DNA of 63,987 nucleotides, filler included, from Chiloscyllium plagiosum (taxonomy: Eukaryota), in the NCBI RefSeq assembly GCF_004010195.1. It is 12 parts of 12 records of this genome, joined end to end, with 100 filler letters (N's around TTAATTAATTAA, not from the genome) between each part and the next. Parts side by side here need not be neighbours in the genome. Positions count along the whole stretch, not along the records: positions 1 to 26,031 come from NW_025212317.1; 11 more parts are not named here. One strand, given 5' to 3'. The notes beneath the pieces are model-generated. The model had not been told where the DNA came from, ran no database searches, and saw nothing but the letters and a program-made list of their open reading frames with translations. Positions 1 to 11,152 of this stretch are shown piece by piece. The position numbers and the translations under genes were made by a program. Within the stretch, counting starts at the first letter, position 1, and each line of letters begins with the position of its first letter.

Positions 1-59
1 CCTTGCCCCCACCAAATCCCACCCTACCCCACCTCCACACCCTGACTCCATTGATCCCT

Positions 60-1890
60 GAAAGATCATCACCAATGTCCTCACAACCTCCTCAGTGATC
101 TCCTTCAGAACACACTGGTGTAGTTCATCCAGTCTGGGTGAGTTATCCACATTTAGACCTTTCACCTTCCCCAGTACCTCCTCCTTAGTGATGGCCACTA
201 CACTCCCCTCTGCCCCCTGACAGTCTTGAAGTACTGGTATGCTGCTGGTGTTTTCCATGGTGCAGACTGATGCAAAGTATCGATTCAATTCCTCGGCTAT
301 TCCTTCATTTCCTATTCTTCGTTCTCCAGTCTCATTTTCCAGCGATCCAAAGTCTATTTTTGCCTCCCTCTTCCTTTTTATATATTTGATAAAACACTTG
401 CAACCTTCTTTTATATTACTGGTTATGGCCCCAACATTGACACCTGCAGAACTCTACCGGTCACCAGCTGCCGTTGTTCCTCACTCTCTGCTTTATGCCA
501 ACCTGCCAGTCCTCAGTCCATGCCAGGACATTGCCCCTAAAACTATGGGCGCTTATTGTATGTCAAATGTTTTCTGGAAATCCAAGTAGATTACTTCCTC
601 TGACTCTCCTCTTTTATATTACTGGCTAGCTTACCCCCACATTTCACCTTCTCCACCCTTAATGCTTTTTCAGTTTCCTCTACAGGTTTTTAAAGACTTC
701 CTAATCCTCTGGCTTCCCACTATTCTCAAGGCTTCCCAATTCTCTGGCTTCCCACTATTCTCCACCACATTGTGTGCTTTTTATTTTGCTTTAATGCTGT
801 CCTTGACCTCCCTCATCAGCCATGGTTGCCTTGTCCTCCCCTTATTATGTTTCTTCTTTTTTGGGATGAATTCCTACTCTGCTTCCTGAATTACCCCCAG
901 AAACTCTGCTGTTTGCTGCCCCACCATCTTACCTGCTCGGCTCCCTTTACAATCAACTCTGGCCAGCTCCTTCCTCATGTCTTTGTAGTTATCTTTACTC
1001 AATTGAAATCCTGTTCCATCTGATTGCAGCTTCTCCCTCTCAAACTACAGGGGGAATTCTATCGTATTATGGTCACGTATCCACAGAGATACTTTCACCT
1101 TAAACTCACTAATCAAGTTTGCCTCAATACACATCACTGAATCCTGAACTGCCTGTTCCATAGTGGCTCAACCACAAGCTGCTCCAAAAACCATCTTGTA
1201 GCCATTCCATAAAATCCTTTCCTTGAGACGCGCTACCCAGTCCACCTATCCATTGAGGTCTGCCATAACATTTTGTATCTGGCTTTTCAGTCTCCTGATT
1301 GATTTCCTTCCCCACACCCTGATTACTGCTTGGAGACCTGGACATAACTTGCATCAGATTCTTTATTTCTTGCGGTTCCTCAACTCTACCCACCCAGATT
1401 CTACACCTTCTGACTCTCTATGACTTCTTGCTATTGATTTAATTTCATTTCTCACTAACATGGCAACTGTTCCCCCTCTGCCCATCTGTCTGTCCTTTTG
1501 ATAGAACATGTATCCTTGGATATTTAGTTCCCAGTCCGGATCCCCTTACAGCCATGTCTCTGTGATACCCACAACATCGTACCTGCCAGTTTCAATCTGC
1601 ACTACAAGCTCATTGTGTATACTGTGTGCTTTTAAGTACAACACCCTCAGTCCTGCATTGACTGCCCTCCTTCTCATCATTAGGAGAAAGTGAGGACTGC
1701 AGATGCTGGATGCTGCCTGACCTGCTGCATTTTTCCAACAACACATTTTTAAGCTCCTTCTCATCATTGTCCTCTTATCTGCTGTGCTTGATATTTGATC
1801 TCTGATCCTTTCCATCCTCTCAAACTTATTACATCTTCTAAAAACTTGAATACCCTCTCCTGAGCCCTCCTCCACTTTAACTAGTTTAAA
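60..1890 (-). mobile_element. CR1-like LINE fragment, ORF2 endonuclease region, degenerate
   Basis: Minus-strand peptides LRVLYLKAHSI..RYDVVGITETWL and DFMEWLQDGF resemble the CR1 APE domain; many stops and frameshifts; boundaries approximate. Confidence 0.85.
1682..1753. mobile_element. Short Penelope-pLTR-derived insertion with internal inversion and 15-bp TSD
   Basis: Flanked by ctccttctcatcatt at 1667-1681 and 1754-1768; its two halves match the element at 61210-61326 in opposite orientations. Confidence 0.75.
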
Positions 1891-2342
1891 TNNNNNNNNN
1901 NNNNTGGCATCACTTTGTTGACCTTACTCGGAATGCTTCGTGTGTTTAGATACAAACTCTTTAAGTTTGTTCTATTATTGATTTTCCCTGCACATTTATG
2001 GTTCCTTTGATATTCAAAATTCCATCTCTTCCTTTTATTTTCTGGTAATAATCAATCCCATCACTAACCAGCAATCCTCCCATCTCCTTTACCTTCCATT
2101 TTCTCATTTTCCATCCAACTGAACCAAATCACTTTCTCTTTGGGTTGAGTTCAGGCCAATATTTATCGTTGAGCCAACATCATTATTGCTCTTTGATCTC
2201 ATTGCTTCTAGTGGGATCTTGCTGTGTAGAAACTGGCTGCCACTTTACTGGCATTGCAACAGTGACTGCTTCTCAAACAAAACAGTCTGTAAATGTCTTT
2301 GGGCGAGCCTGAATTGTTAAGGGCTGGATTGAAATACAATTA

Positions 2343-3010
2343 GAGTCAGAGAGATGGACAGTTCAGAAACTGACCTTTCGGTCCAACTCGTCCATGCTGA
2401 CCAGATATCCTAAATTAATCTAGTCCCATTTGCCAGCATTTGACGCATATCCCTCTAAACTCTTCCTATTTATACACCCATGCCTTTTAAATGTTGTAAT
2501 TGTACCAGCCTTCACCACTTCTTCTGGCAGCTCATTCCACACAATTAACACCCTCTGAATGAAAACGTTGTCCCTTCGGTCCGTTTTAAACCTTTCCATT
2601 GTCACCCTCAGCCTATTCCCTCCAGTTCTGGACTCCCCCACTCTGGAGAAAAGATCTTCTCTATTCACCCTATCTAAACCCTACATGATTTTATAAACCT
2701 CTATACGGTCACCCATCAACCAGCAATGCTGCAGGGAAAATGGCCTCAGCTTGTTCAGCCTCTTCCTTTTGCTCAAACCCTCCAACCTTGGCAACATCCT
2801 TGTAAATCTTTTCTGAACCATTTTAAGATTCACAACATTTTTCCTATAGCAAGGCGACCAGAATTGCACACAGTATTCCAAAAGTGCCCGAACCAATGTC
2901 TTGTACACCCGCAACAGCTCCCAACTCCAATACTCAATGCACTGACCAATAAAGGAAAGCAAACCAAATTATTTATTTACCCCCCACCTGCCTGCAACTC
3001 CACATTCAAG
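2343..3010 (-). mobile_element. CR1 (HER1-like) LINE 3' end
   Basis: Peptides YKTLVRALLEYCVQFWSPCYRK..VQKRFTRMLP and FIQRVLIVWNELPEEVVKAGTITTFKRH, followed by a CR1-type 3' UTR. Confidence 0.9.
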
Positions 3011-3059
3011 GAACTATTATTTTTGTTTTTGGATGAACTAGGAGTCTTTCAGTTGTGAA

Positions 3060-3600
3060 AGATGCCATTTCATGACACTTTGGATGAAGAGCAGGCAGTT
3101 CCCCCTGGTGTCCCTGGTCAATATTTATCCTACAGTCAAAATCACTAAAAACATATTCCTCTGTTAATTATCATACCGTGTTTGGGATCTTGCTATGCAC
3201 AGTCTGCTGGAATGATCCATTGGGGCATCCTGAGATTAGATTAAATTAGATTAGATTACTTACAGTGTGGAAACAGGCCCTTCGGCCCAACAAGTCCACA
3301 CCGACCCGCCGAAGCGCAACCCACCCATACCCCTACATTTACCCCTTACCTAACACTACAGGCAATTTAGCATGGCCAATTCACCTGACCTGCACATCTT
3401 TGGACTGTGGGAGGAAACCGGAGCACCCGGAGGAAACCCACGCAGACACGGGGAGAACGTGCAAACTCCACACAGTCAGTCGCCTGAGGCGGGAATTGAA
3501 CCCGGGTCTCTGACGCTGCGAGGCAGCAGTGCTAACCACTGTACCACCGTGCCGCCCACAGATGGGGATAGGTCCTACACAAATGCAAGTCTGTCATTAA
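3060..3600 (+). mobile_element. Deu-domain SINE remnant (SacSINE1/AmnSINE-like) interrupted by a V-SINE
   Basis: gaagagcagg..ggtgtccctggtcaatatttatcc..atcactaaaa..gggatcttgct resembles the DeuSINE core; uninterrupted copy at about 4840-5050. Confidence 0.6.
3237..3559 (-). mobile_element. Full-length HE1/V-SINE
   Basis: tRNA-like head gggcggcacggtgg..gggttcaattcc, V-domain core gtgtggagtttgcacgttctccccgtgtctgcgtgggtttcctccggg, (AATCT)n tail; agat TSD at 3233-3236 and 3560-3563. Confidence 0.92.
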
Positions 3601-4298
3601 GGTTTGAGTCTCCTGATCCGGATCCTCACCCATTGTCTGCGCACTCTCACCTTCCAGGGTTCATTAGGAGCAGTGACCATATCTGACCCCAGGACACTGA
3701 GACTCTTTTGCAGCCTCACCCTTGACGTCAGCCTAGTGGTGTGCAGCAAGGCTTGGAATGAAATCTAAAACCTTCTACACAGACACCCAACGTGACTCTT
3801 TCCTGAATTGTGTAGATCCAAGTCTGCTCCAANNNNNNNNNNNNNNNNNNNNNNNNNNNNNNNNNNNNNNNNNNNNNNNNNNNNNNNNNNNNNNNNNNNN
3901 NNNNNNNNNNNNNNNNNNNNNNNNNNNNNNNNNNNNNNNNNNNNNNNNNNNNNNNNNNNNNNNNNNNNNNNNNNNNNNNNNNNNNNNNNNNNNNNNNNNN
4001 NNNNNNNNNNNNNNNNNNNNNNNNNNNNNNNNNNNNNNNNNNNNNNNNNNNNNNNNNNNNNNNNNNNNNNNNNNNNNNNNNNNNNNNNNNNNNNNNNNNN
4101 NNNNNNNNNNNNNNNNNNNNNNNNNNNNNNNNNNNNNNNNNNNNNNNNNNNNNNNNNNNNNNNNNNNNNNNNNNNNNNNNNNNNNNNNNNNNNNNNNNNN
4201 NNNNNNNNNNNNNNNNNNNNNNNNNNNNNNNNNNNNNNNNNNNNNNNNNNNNNNNNNNNNNNNNNNNNNNNNNNNNNNNNNNNNNNNNNNNNNNNNNN

Positions 4299-5283
4299 TT
4301 CTTCTGGCAGCTCATTCCACACAATTAACATCCTCTGAATGAAAACGTTGTCCCTTCGGTCCGTTTTAAATCTTTCCATTGTCACCTTCAGCCTATGCCC
4401 TCCAGTTCTGGACTCCCCCACTCTGGAGAAAAGATCTTCTGTATTCACCCTATATATATCCTACATGATTTTATAAACCTCTATACGGTCACCCATCAAC
4501 CAGCAATGCTGCAGGGAAAATGGCCTCAGCTTGTTCAGCCTCTTCCTTTTGCTCAAACCCTCCAACCTTGGCAACACCCTTGTAAATCTTTTCTGAACAA
4601 TTTTAAGATTCACAACATTTTTCCTATAGCAAGGCGACCAGAATTGCACACAGTATTCCAAAAGTGCCCGAACCAATGTCTTGTACACCCGCAACAGCTC
4701 CCAACTCCAATATTCAATGCACTGACCAATAAAGGAAAGCAAACCAAATTATTTATTTACCCCCCACCTGCCTGCAACTCCATATTCAAGGAACTATTAT
4801 TTTTGTTTTTGGATGAACTGGGAGTCTTTCAGTTGTGAAAGATGCCATTCCATGACACTTTTGGATGAAGAGCAGGCAGTTCCCCTGGTGTCCCTGGTCA
4901 ATATTTATCCCACAGTCAAAATCACTAAAAATATATTCCTCTGTTAATTATCATACAGTGTTTGGGATCTTGCTATGCACAGTCTGCTGGAAAGATCCAT
5001 TGGGGCATCCTGAGATGGGGACAGGTCCTACACAAATGCAAGTCTGTCATTAAGGTTTGAGTCTCCTGATCCGGATCCACACCCATTGTCTGTGCACTCT
5101 CACCTTCCAGGGTTCATTAGGAGCAGTGACCATATCTGACCCCAGGACACTGAGACTCTTTGCAGCCTCACCCTTGACGTCAGCCTAGTGGTGTGCAGCA
5201 AGGCTTGGAATGTAATCTACAACCTTCTACACAGACACCCAACGTGACTCTTTCCTGAATTGTGTAGATCCAAGTCTGCTCCA
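4299..5283. repeat. Near-identical second copy of 2519-3832 lacking the SINE (tandem duplication or uncollapsed haplotype)
   Basis: Direct sequence match across the N gap at 3833-4298 with scattered substitutions. Confidence 0.9.
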
Positions 5284-5289
5284 ATGTTC

Positions 5290-5830
5290 TCGGATAAAGT
5301 TCTCCTGATCTGTGGGTGATCGGAGATTTGTTAAAGATGTATCGAGCTCCATCCCACTTTCCAGCTCTTGCTCCATAGCTCTGGAGGTTTCACTGTTCAA
5401 GTGAATATCCAAGTGTTTTTCAATGTGATGAGAGTTTCTGCCTCTCCCACCCCTTCTGACAGTCTCAGATCCCACCAGCCTCTGGTGGAAAACAATTACC
5501 GTCAACTCCCCTCAAACCCTGCCCCCAAATGATTTCAATCTCTCATCATGATTATTGCCCTCTGTGCTGGTGGAAATCAGTCCTTCCGACACACCTTATC
5601 CAGGCCCCCCATTATTTACACACTACGATCAAATCTTCCCTCAGCCTCTTCTGTTCCAAAGAAAACAGTCCCAGCCAATCCAATCATTCCTCAAAGCTGA
5701 AACTCCCCATTTCTGACAAAATCCTCCTCTATCTCCGTCTCTAATGGGATCACATCCTTCCTGTAATGTGGTGACCAGAACCGTACACTGTTCTCTCACT
5801 GTGCTCTAACTGGAGTTATATACAGTTCCA
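5290..5830 (-). mobile_element. Old CR1 LINE 3' fragment
   Basis: Reverse complement of CR1 C-terminal motifs (gaccagaaccgtacac, cctcagcctcttctgttccaaagaaaac). Confidence 0.65.
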
Positions 5831-5876
5831 GAATAAACAAACTCCTTGCTTTCACTGTCAACCGAAAATGAGATAA

Positions 5877-6205
5877 GGGAGGCGATGGTCTAATGGTATT
5901 ATTGCTGAGCTGTTAATCCAGAGATCCAGATAATGTTCTGGGGACCAGGGTTAGGATCCAGCAGACGGTGGCATTCAAATTCAATCAAACAAAATCTGTA
6001 ATTAAGAGTCTAATGACAACCATGAAACCATTGTTGATTGTCAGAAAAACGCCATCTGATTCCTTAATGTCCTTTAGCAAAGGAAACGGCCATCCTTACC
6101 ATGTGACTCCAGAACTACAGCAATGTGGTTGACTTTAAACTGCCCTCTGGGTGATTAGGGATGGGCAATAAATGCTACTGATCCAGCAATGTCCTCATTC
6201 CATTA
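5877..6205 (+). mobile_element. tRNA-derived SINE with CR1-type tail
   Basis: Head gggaggcgatggtctaatggtatt; tail ctgccctctgg..attagggatgggcaataaatgct, which recurs elsewhere in the window. Confidence 0.6.
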
Positions 6206-7336
6206 AGGGTAAAAGAAAAACACTTTCTCCCATGTGTCTTCTTGATCACCTTACTGACCCGCATTAATCACCATGGCCACATCTTCCACTCCACACTCAT
6301 GTGACCTCCAGCTTCAAATTGATGAGAGACATTCCTTCATTGTGTGAGAAAAAGATAGAAACGTCCAAACTAGGAGCAGCAGTAGGACATTTGGCCCCTC
6401 AGGCCTGCTCCACTATTCAATATGATCATGGCTGATTATCCAACACGTTCCCCTTTTCCGGCTTTCTCCCCACATTCTTTGATCCCTTTAATCCGAAGAA
6501 CTATATCTAATTCCGTCTTGAACACATACCACATTTAATTCCCTCTTGCTGGAAAAATGGATGACAATTATTGAGTTGTTGTTTTTTGACCAGTATGGAC
6601 GCAATGGGCTGATGGGCCGATGGGCCTTTTGGGTCTCTCTGACTCGATGACTCTATGATTATATATTATGCATAACTGGGTACCAAGGACTGACACATGT
6701 GGTACTCTAACCTGTCATTCAGAAAAAGACTCCTTCTTTCTGTCCTGTCTGCCAACCAGTTCCCAATCAGTGCATGACCCCTAATCCCTTTGTTCATTCG
6801 GTCGAGATTTGGGAGTCCCACCCTTACTCATTGTGGGAACAGTTTCTGAACGATCTCTGTCTCGTCCTTTGAGGGCTCCCACTGCCCTGACACTGATTTC
6901 CCATCATGTCACTGCTTCCGGTCCACTTTTACCAAAGCACCACACAGTTTAATAGAATGAAAGCTTTTATATTTGCTCCATGGTTCTCCATTTCCATCCC
7001 TCCTCTCAATCTCACTGAGTTCTGATCACTGTCACTAAAATGATCCCCCATTGATAACCCTTCCAGCTGCCCACTTTCATTCCATAAATGATGGTCTAAA
7101 ACTGTCCCTTCTCTTTCATCATCACCCTCTCAGGAGCAATTAGGGATGGATAATAAATGCTAGCCCTGCCAGAGACACTCACATCCCAAGAAGCAATGTG
7201 AACAATGCCTGTTCTTTTGTCGGGTTTATTCTGTATTGACCAAAAATGTGCAAAAAGATTGTGTTGCCAGTGAATATTGTGAGGGTTGAATTCCCTTCAA
7301 ATGGCAGGGATTAAAATTGTTTCTCTTGTCATTCAG

Positions 7337-7637
7337 GCTGTGAGAACTCTCAGCCCAAGCTGACCCTGCTGCCCCCTCCCCGGTGCAGGTCAATGCCAAG
7401 GGCACTGCCACCCTGGTGTGCCTTGCCAATCACTTCTATCCCGATGAGCTGGAGGTGCAGTGGAAGAAGGATGGTGCAGTCATTTCGGACGGGATTCAGA
7501 CCAGCAACTACCTGCGAGCTTCGGACAGCACCTACAGTGTCAGCAGCCTGCTGACCTTCTCTGGGTCTGACTGGGAGTCCAACGCTCACTTATCCTGTGC
7601 CCTCACCCACGTGACCCTCCCCTCTCCCCTAAGCAAC
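7337..7637 (+). pseudogene. IGKC: Ig kappa constant exon pseudogene (Ck1)
   Basis: Acceptor ttcag at 7332-7336; KGTATLVCLANHFYPDELEVQWKKDG..YSVSSLLT..SCALTH; 1-bp deletion in the C-run near 7372-7376 (frameshift); a deletion of about 200 bp removes the terminal SIRRSECV-stop. Confidence 0.93.
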
Positions 7638-8189
7638 TGTGTCAAACCTCATGCTGTCCTTGTCCTGGGAGTGTTTGATGGGACACGGTTGTCTTGTGAT
7701 GCTAAATAAAATTACTTGAAGTTGCTGAAGACTGTCAGCTGTACAAAACAATGTGAACCTCAGAAATCTCTGCTTCAGTAGACCAGATCTTCTTCCTGCT
7801 CAGCCGCCAGTTCCAATTTAAGGTTTTATCACTGTTTAAAGGGTCAGGATTCTCATGTTGTTGAGTAAATCTCCACAAGTGTTTTCCTCAAGCTCCATTG
7901 TGGCTGTGAATTTGAGCAGCTTACTCTCTGGGCTATTAATTCCAGTTGTTTTTTTTCTGTCAATGTGAATGTGGAAAAGGGAATAAAGATGAAAATTCAG
8001 TCTTTGTCTCTGTGTGCTTTGAAAATAGACGACCTCCCCCTCCCCCTATTGATTGGCTGCATTTCAGTAGGTCATTGTCACAATTGGTTGCTTAGCCTGT
8101 CCATAAATTATAATCATCAATCATCAATCCTTTTCAAATAATCCCTTTGATCAGGAATTTATGTAGGTTATAAGATTCCAACACGAACA

Positions 8190-8314
8190 TGATTTGGAGA
8201 TGCCGGTGTTGGACTGGGGTGTACAAAGTTAAAAATCACACAACACCAGGTTATAGTGCAACAGGTTTAATTGGATGCACACTTGCTTTCGGAGCAACGC
8301 TCCTTCATCAGGTG
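8190..8314 (-). mobile_element. Short Penelope-pLTR-type insertion with hammerhead-like motif
   Basis: Absent from the paralogous flank near 46480-46500; minus strand reads CTGATGA-a-GGAGC-gtt-GCTCC-GAAA-gc. Confidence 0.7.
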
Positions 8315-8320
8315 AAAAGA

Positions 8321-9640
8321 ACAAAAACTGAAAGCTGTTAGGACTTAATAAGTACAATCTGACACATTCTCTCTTCAATCAGTTGGTCCAGGCCCAGCTG
8401 AAGGGATCGCACTGTGCAATCCTTGCTGCTTGTTGGGTAGCCCCTGAAAAAATCTTCGACCATTCACAGAAATTGTCAGCTGTGTCTCTCTGAGTGAGTG
8501 TTTCACTTAATGCTGCCTGCAGGCGTCTCACTGAGTGTGGGTATGTTACTCAGAGAGACACCTACAGGTAGCACTGAGTAATACACCCACATTCAGAGAG
8601 ACACCGACAGGCAGCACTGAGTGACATGCTCACACTCAGAGAGACACCTACAGGCAGCACTGAGTAACACACGCACATTCAGAGAGATCTATCCGCAGCA
8701 TGGAGTGTGATCATGTTACTCAGTGCTGCCTATTTCTCAGAGTGCGTGTGTTACTTAGTGTTGCCTGTAGGTGTCTCAGCGCGAGTGTGTTACTCTGTGC
8801 TGCATGTCGGTGTTTCTCTGAGGAATGTGTCTCGAGCCCTGGATTGAGAATGGGCCTTGTGCTGGGGATTGTAGATTAGCCTTTAATCTTCTCAAATCAT
8901 GAATGAAAAACAGTTCAGCTGATTCAGTCTGAGATGGCAGCTCATTCAGATGGCCAAAAACAAAAACTGAAAGCTGTTAGGACTTAATAAGTACAATCTG
9001 ACACATTCTCTCTTCAATCAGTTGATCCAGGCCCAGCTGAAGGGATCGCACTGTGCAATCCCTGCTGCATATTGGGTAGCCCCTGAAAAAATCTTCGACC
9101 ATTCACAGAAATTGTCAGCTGTGTCTCTCTGAGTGTGTGTTCAATTTAATGCTGCCTGTCGGTGTCTCTCTGAGTGTGGGTATGTTACTCAGAGAGACAC
9201 CTACAGGCAGCACTGAGTAACACACCCACATTCAGAGAGACACCGACAGGCAGCACTGAGTAACACACCCACATTCAGAGAGACACCTACAGGCAGCACT
9301 GAGTGACATGCTCACACTCAGAGAGACACCTACAGGCAGCACTGAGTAACACACGCACATTCAGAGCGATCTATCCGCAGCATGGAGTGTGATCATGTTC
9401 CTCAGTGCTGCCTATTTCTCAGAATGCGTGTGTTACTTAGTGTTGCCTGTAGGTGTCTCTCTCAGCGCGAGTGTGTTACTCTGTGCTGCATGTCGGTGTT
9501 TCTCTGAGGTATGTGTCTCGAGCCCTGGATTGAGAATGGGCCTTGTGCTGGGGATTGTAGATTAGGCTTTAATCTTCTCAAATCATGAATGAAAAACAGT
9601 TCAGCTGATTTAGTCTGAGATGGCAGCTCATTCAGATGGC
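8321..9640. repeat. Two-unit tandem duplication (about 640-680 bp) containing a 43-bp minisatellite in direct and inverted orientations
   Basis: Units start acaaaaactgaaagctgttagg at 8321 and 8960; repeat cagagagacacctacaggcagcactgagtaacacacccacatt. Confidence 0.9.
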
Positions 9641-10231
9641 CAAAATTAAAAAGCACACAACATCAGGTTATCGTCAAACAGGTTTATTTGGAAGTAGAAG
9701 CGTTCAGAGCACTGCTCCTTCATCAGGTAGCTGGAGGGGCAGGATCATTGTCACAGAATTTCCAGTAAATTGAGATGGCAGCTGAGAGTATATTCTCGCT
9801 AAGTGAGTGATTTCAGAGGTCGTGGGCACTGTGCTCCCGAATGTGTTGCCCAATTCCGAGGGGATTTACTGAATCCAGGGTCAGAACAGTTGTGGCTGCC
9901 TGCCCAGCCAATGCTGGCTCCCCATATTCATATTTCAATGGTTAATTAACCCCAAGCGAGGTGCAGCAATATTACCTTCCAGGGAGGGGAGCTGTCTGAG
10001 TGAGGGAGGTTGAACTCTTGCAGCCCTAAGAGAGGTTGCGGTAGATTAATAACAGCTATGACCACCATGACGGTGCCACTTTCTCTCCTCTTGCCCCAGC
10101 TGTGATGACCCTCAGGTTAAAAGTGGGACTGCTCTGGGATGATGACCACATTCCTGGTTGATGGATCGAAGGGGCATCAAGAGTAAGCATGGGGAGATTG
10201 AGGGTGACAGAAGGAGGGGGTTGGTTGGCAG

Positions 10232-10374
10232 ATCACTATAGGCAATTTAGCACGGCCAATTCACCTAACCTGCACGTCTTTAGATTGTGGGAGGAAACCA
10301 GAGCACCCAGAGGAAACCCACGCAGACACGGGGAGAATGTACAAATTCCACACAGACAGTTGCCTGAGGCTGGA
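10232..10374 (-). mobile_element. HE1/V-SINE fragment running into a gap
   Basis: Matches the V-domain of 3237-3559. Confidence 0.85.
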
Positions 10375-11152
10375 NNNNNNNNNNNNNNNNNNNNNNNNNN
10401 NNNNNNNNNNNNNNNNNNNNNNNNNNNNNNNNNNNNNNNNNNNNNNNNNNNNNNNNNNNNNNNNNNNNNNNNNNNNNNNNNNNNNNNNNNNNNNNNNNNN
10501 NNNNNNNNNNNNNNNNNNNNNNNNNNNNNNNNNNNNNNNNNNNNNNNNNNNNNNNNNNNNNNNNNNNNNNNNNNNNNNNNNNNNNNNNNNNNNNNNNNNN
10601 NNNNNNNNNNNNNNNNNNNNNNNNNNNNNNNNNNNNNNNNNNNNNNNNNNNNNNNNNNNNNNNNNNNNNNNNNNNNNNNNNNNNNNNNNNNNNNNNNNNN
10701 NNNNNNNNNNNNNNNNNNNNNNNNNNNNNNNNNNNNNNNNNNNNNNNNNNNNNNNNNNNNNNNNNNNNNNNNNNNNNNNNNNNNNNNNNNNNNNNNNNNN
10801 NNNNNNNNNNNNNNNNNNNNNNNNNNNNNNNNNNNNNNNNNNNNNNNNNNNNNNNNNNNNNNNNNNNNNNNNNNNNNNNNNNNNNNNNNNNNNNNNNNNN
10901 NNNNNNNNNNNNNNNNNNNNNNNNNNNNNNNNNNNNNNNNNNNNNNNNNNNNNNNNNNNNNNNNNNNNNNNNNNNNNNNNNNNNNNNNNNNNNNNNNNNN
11001 NNNNNNNNNNNNNNNNNNNNNNNNNNNNNNNNNNNNNNNNNNNNNNNNNNNNNNNNNNNNNNNNNNNNNNNNNNNNNNNNNNNNNNNNNNNNNNNNNNNN
11101 NNNNNNNNNNNNNNNNNNNNNNNNNNNNNNNNNNNNNNNNNNNNNNNNNNNN

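Noticed and set aside
3480-3557. tRNA gene
   Set aside because: tRNA-derived head of a SINE, continuous with the V-domain and tail
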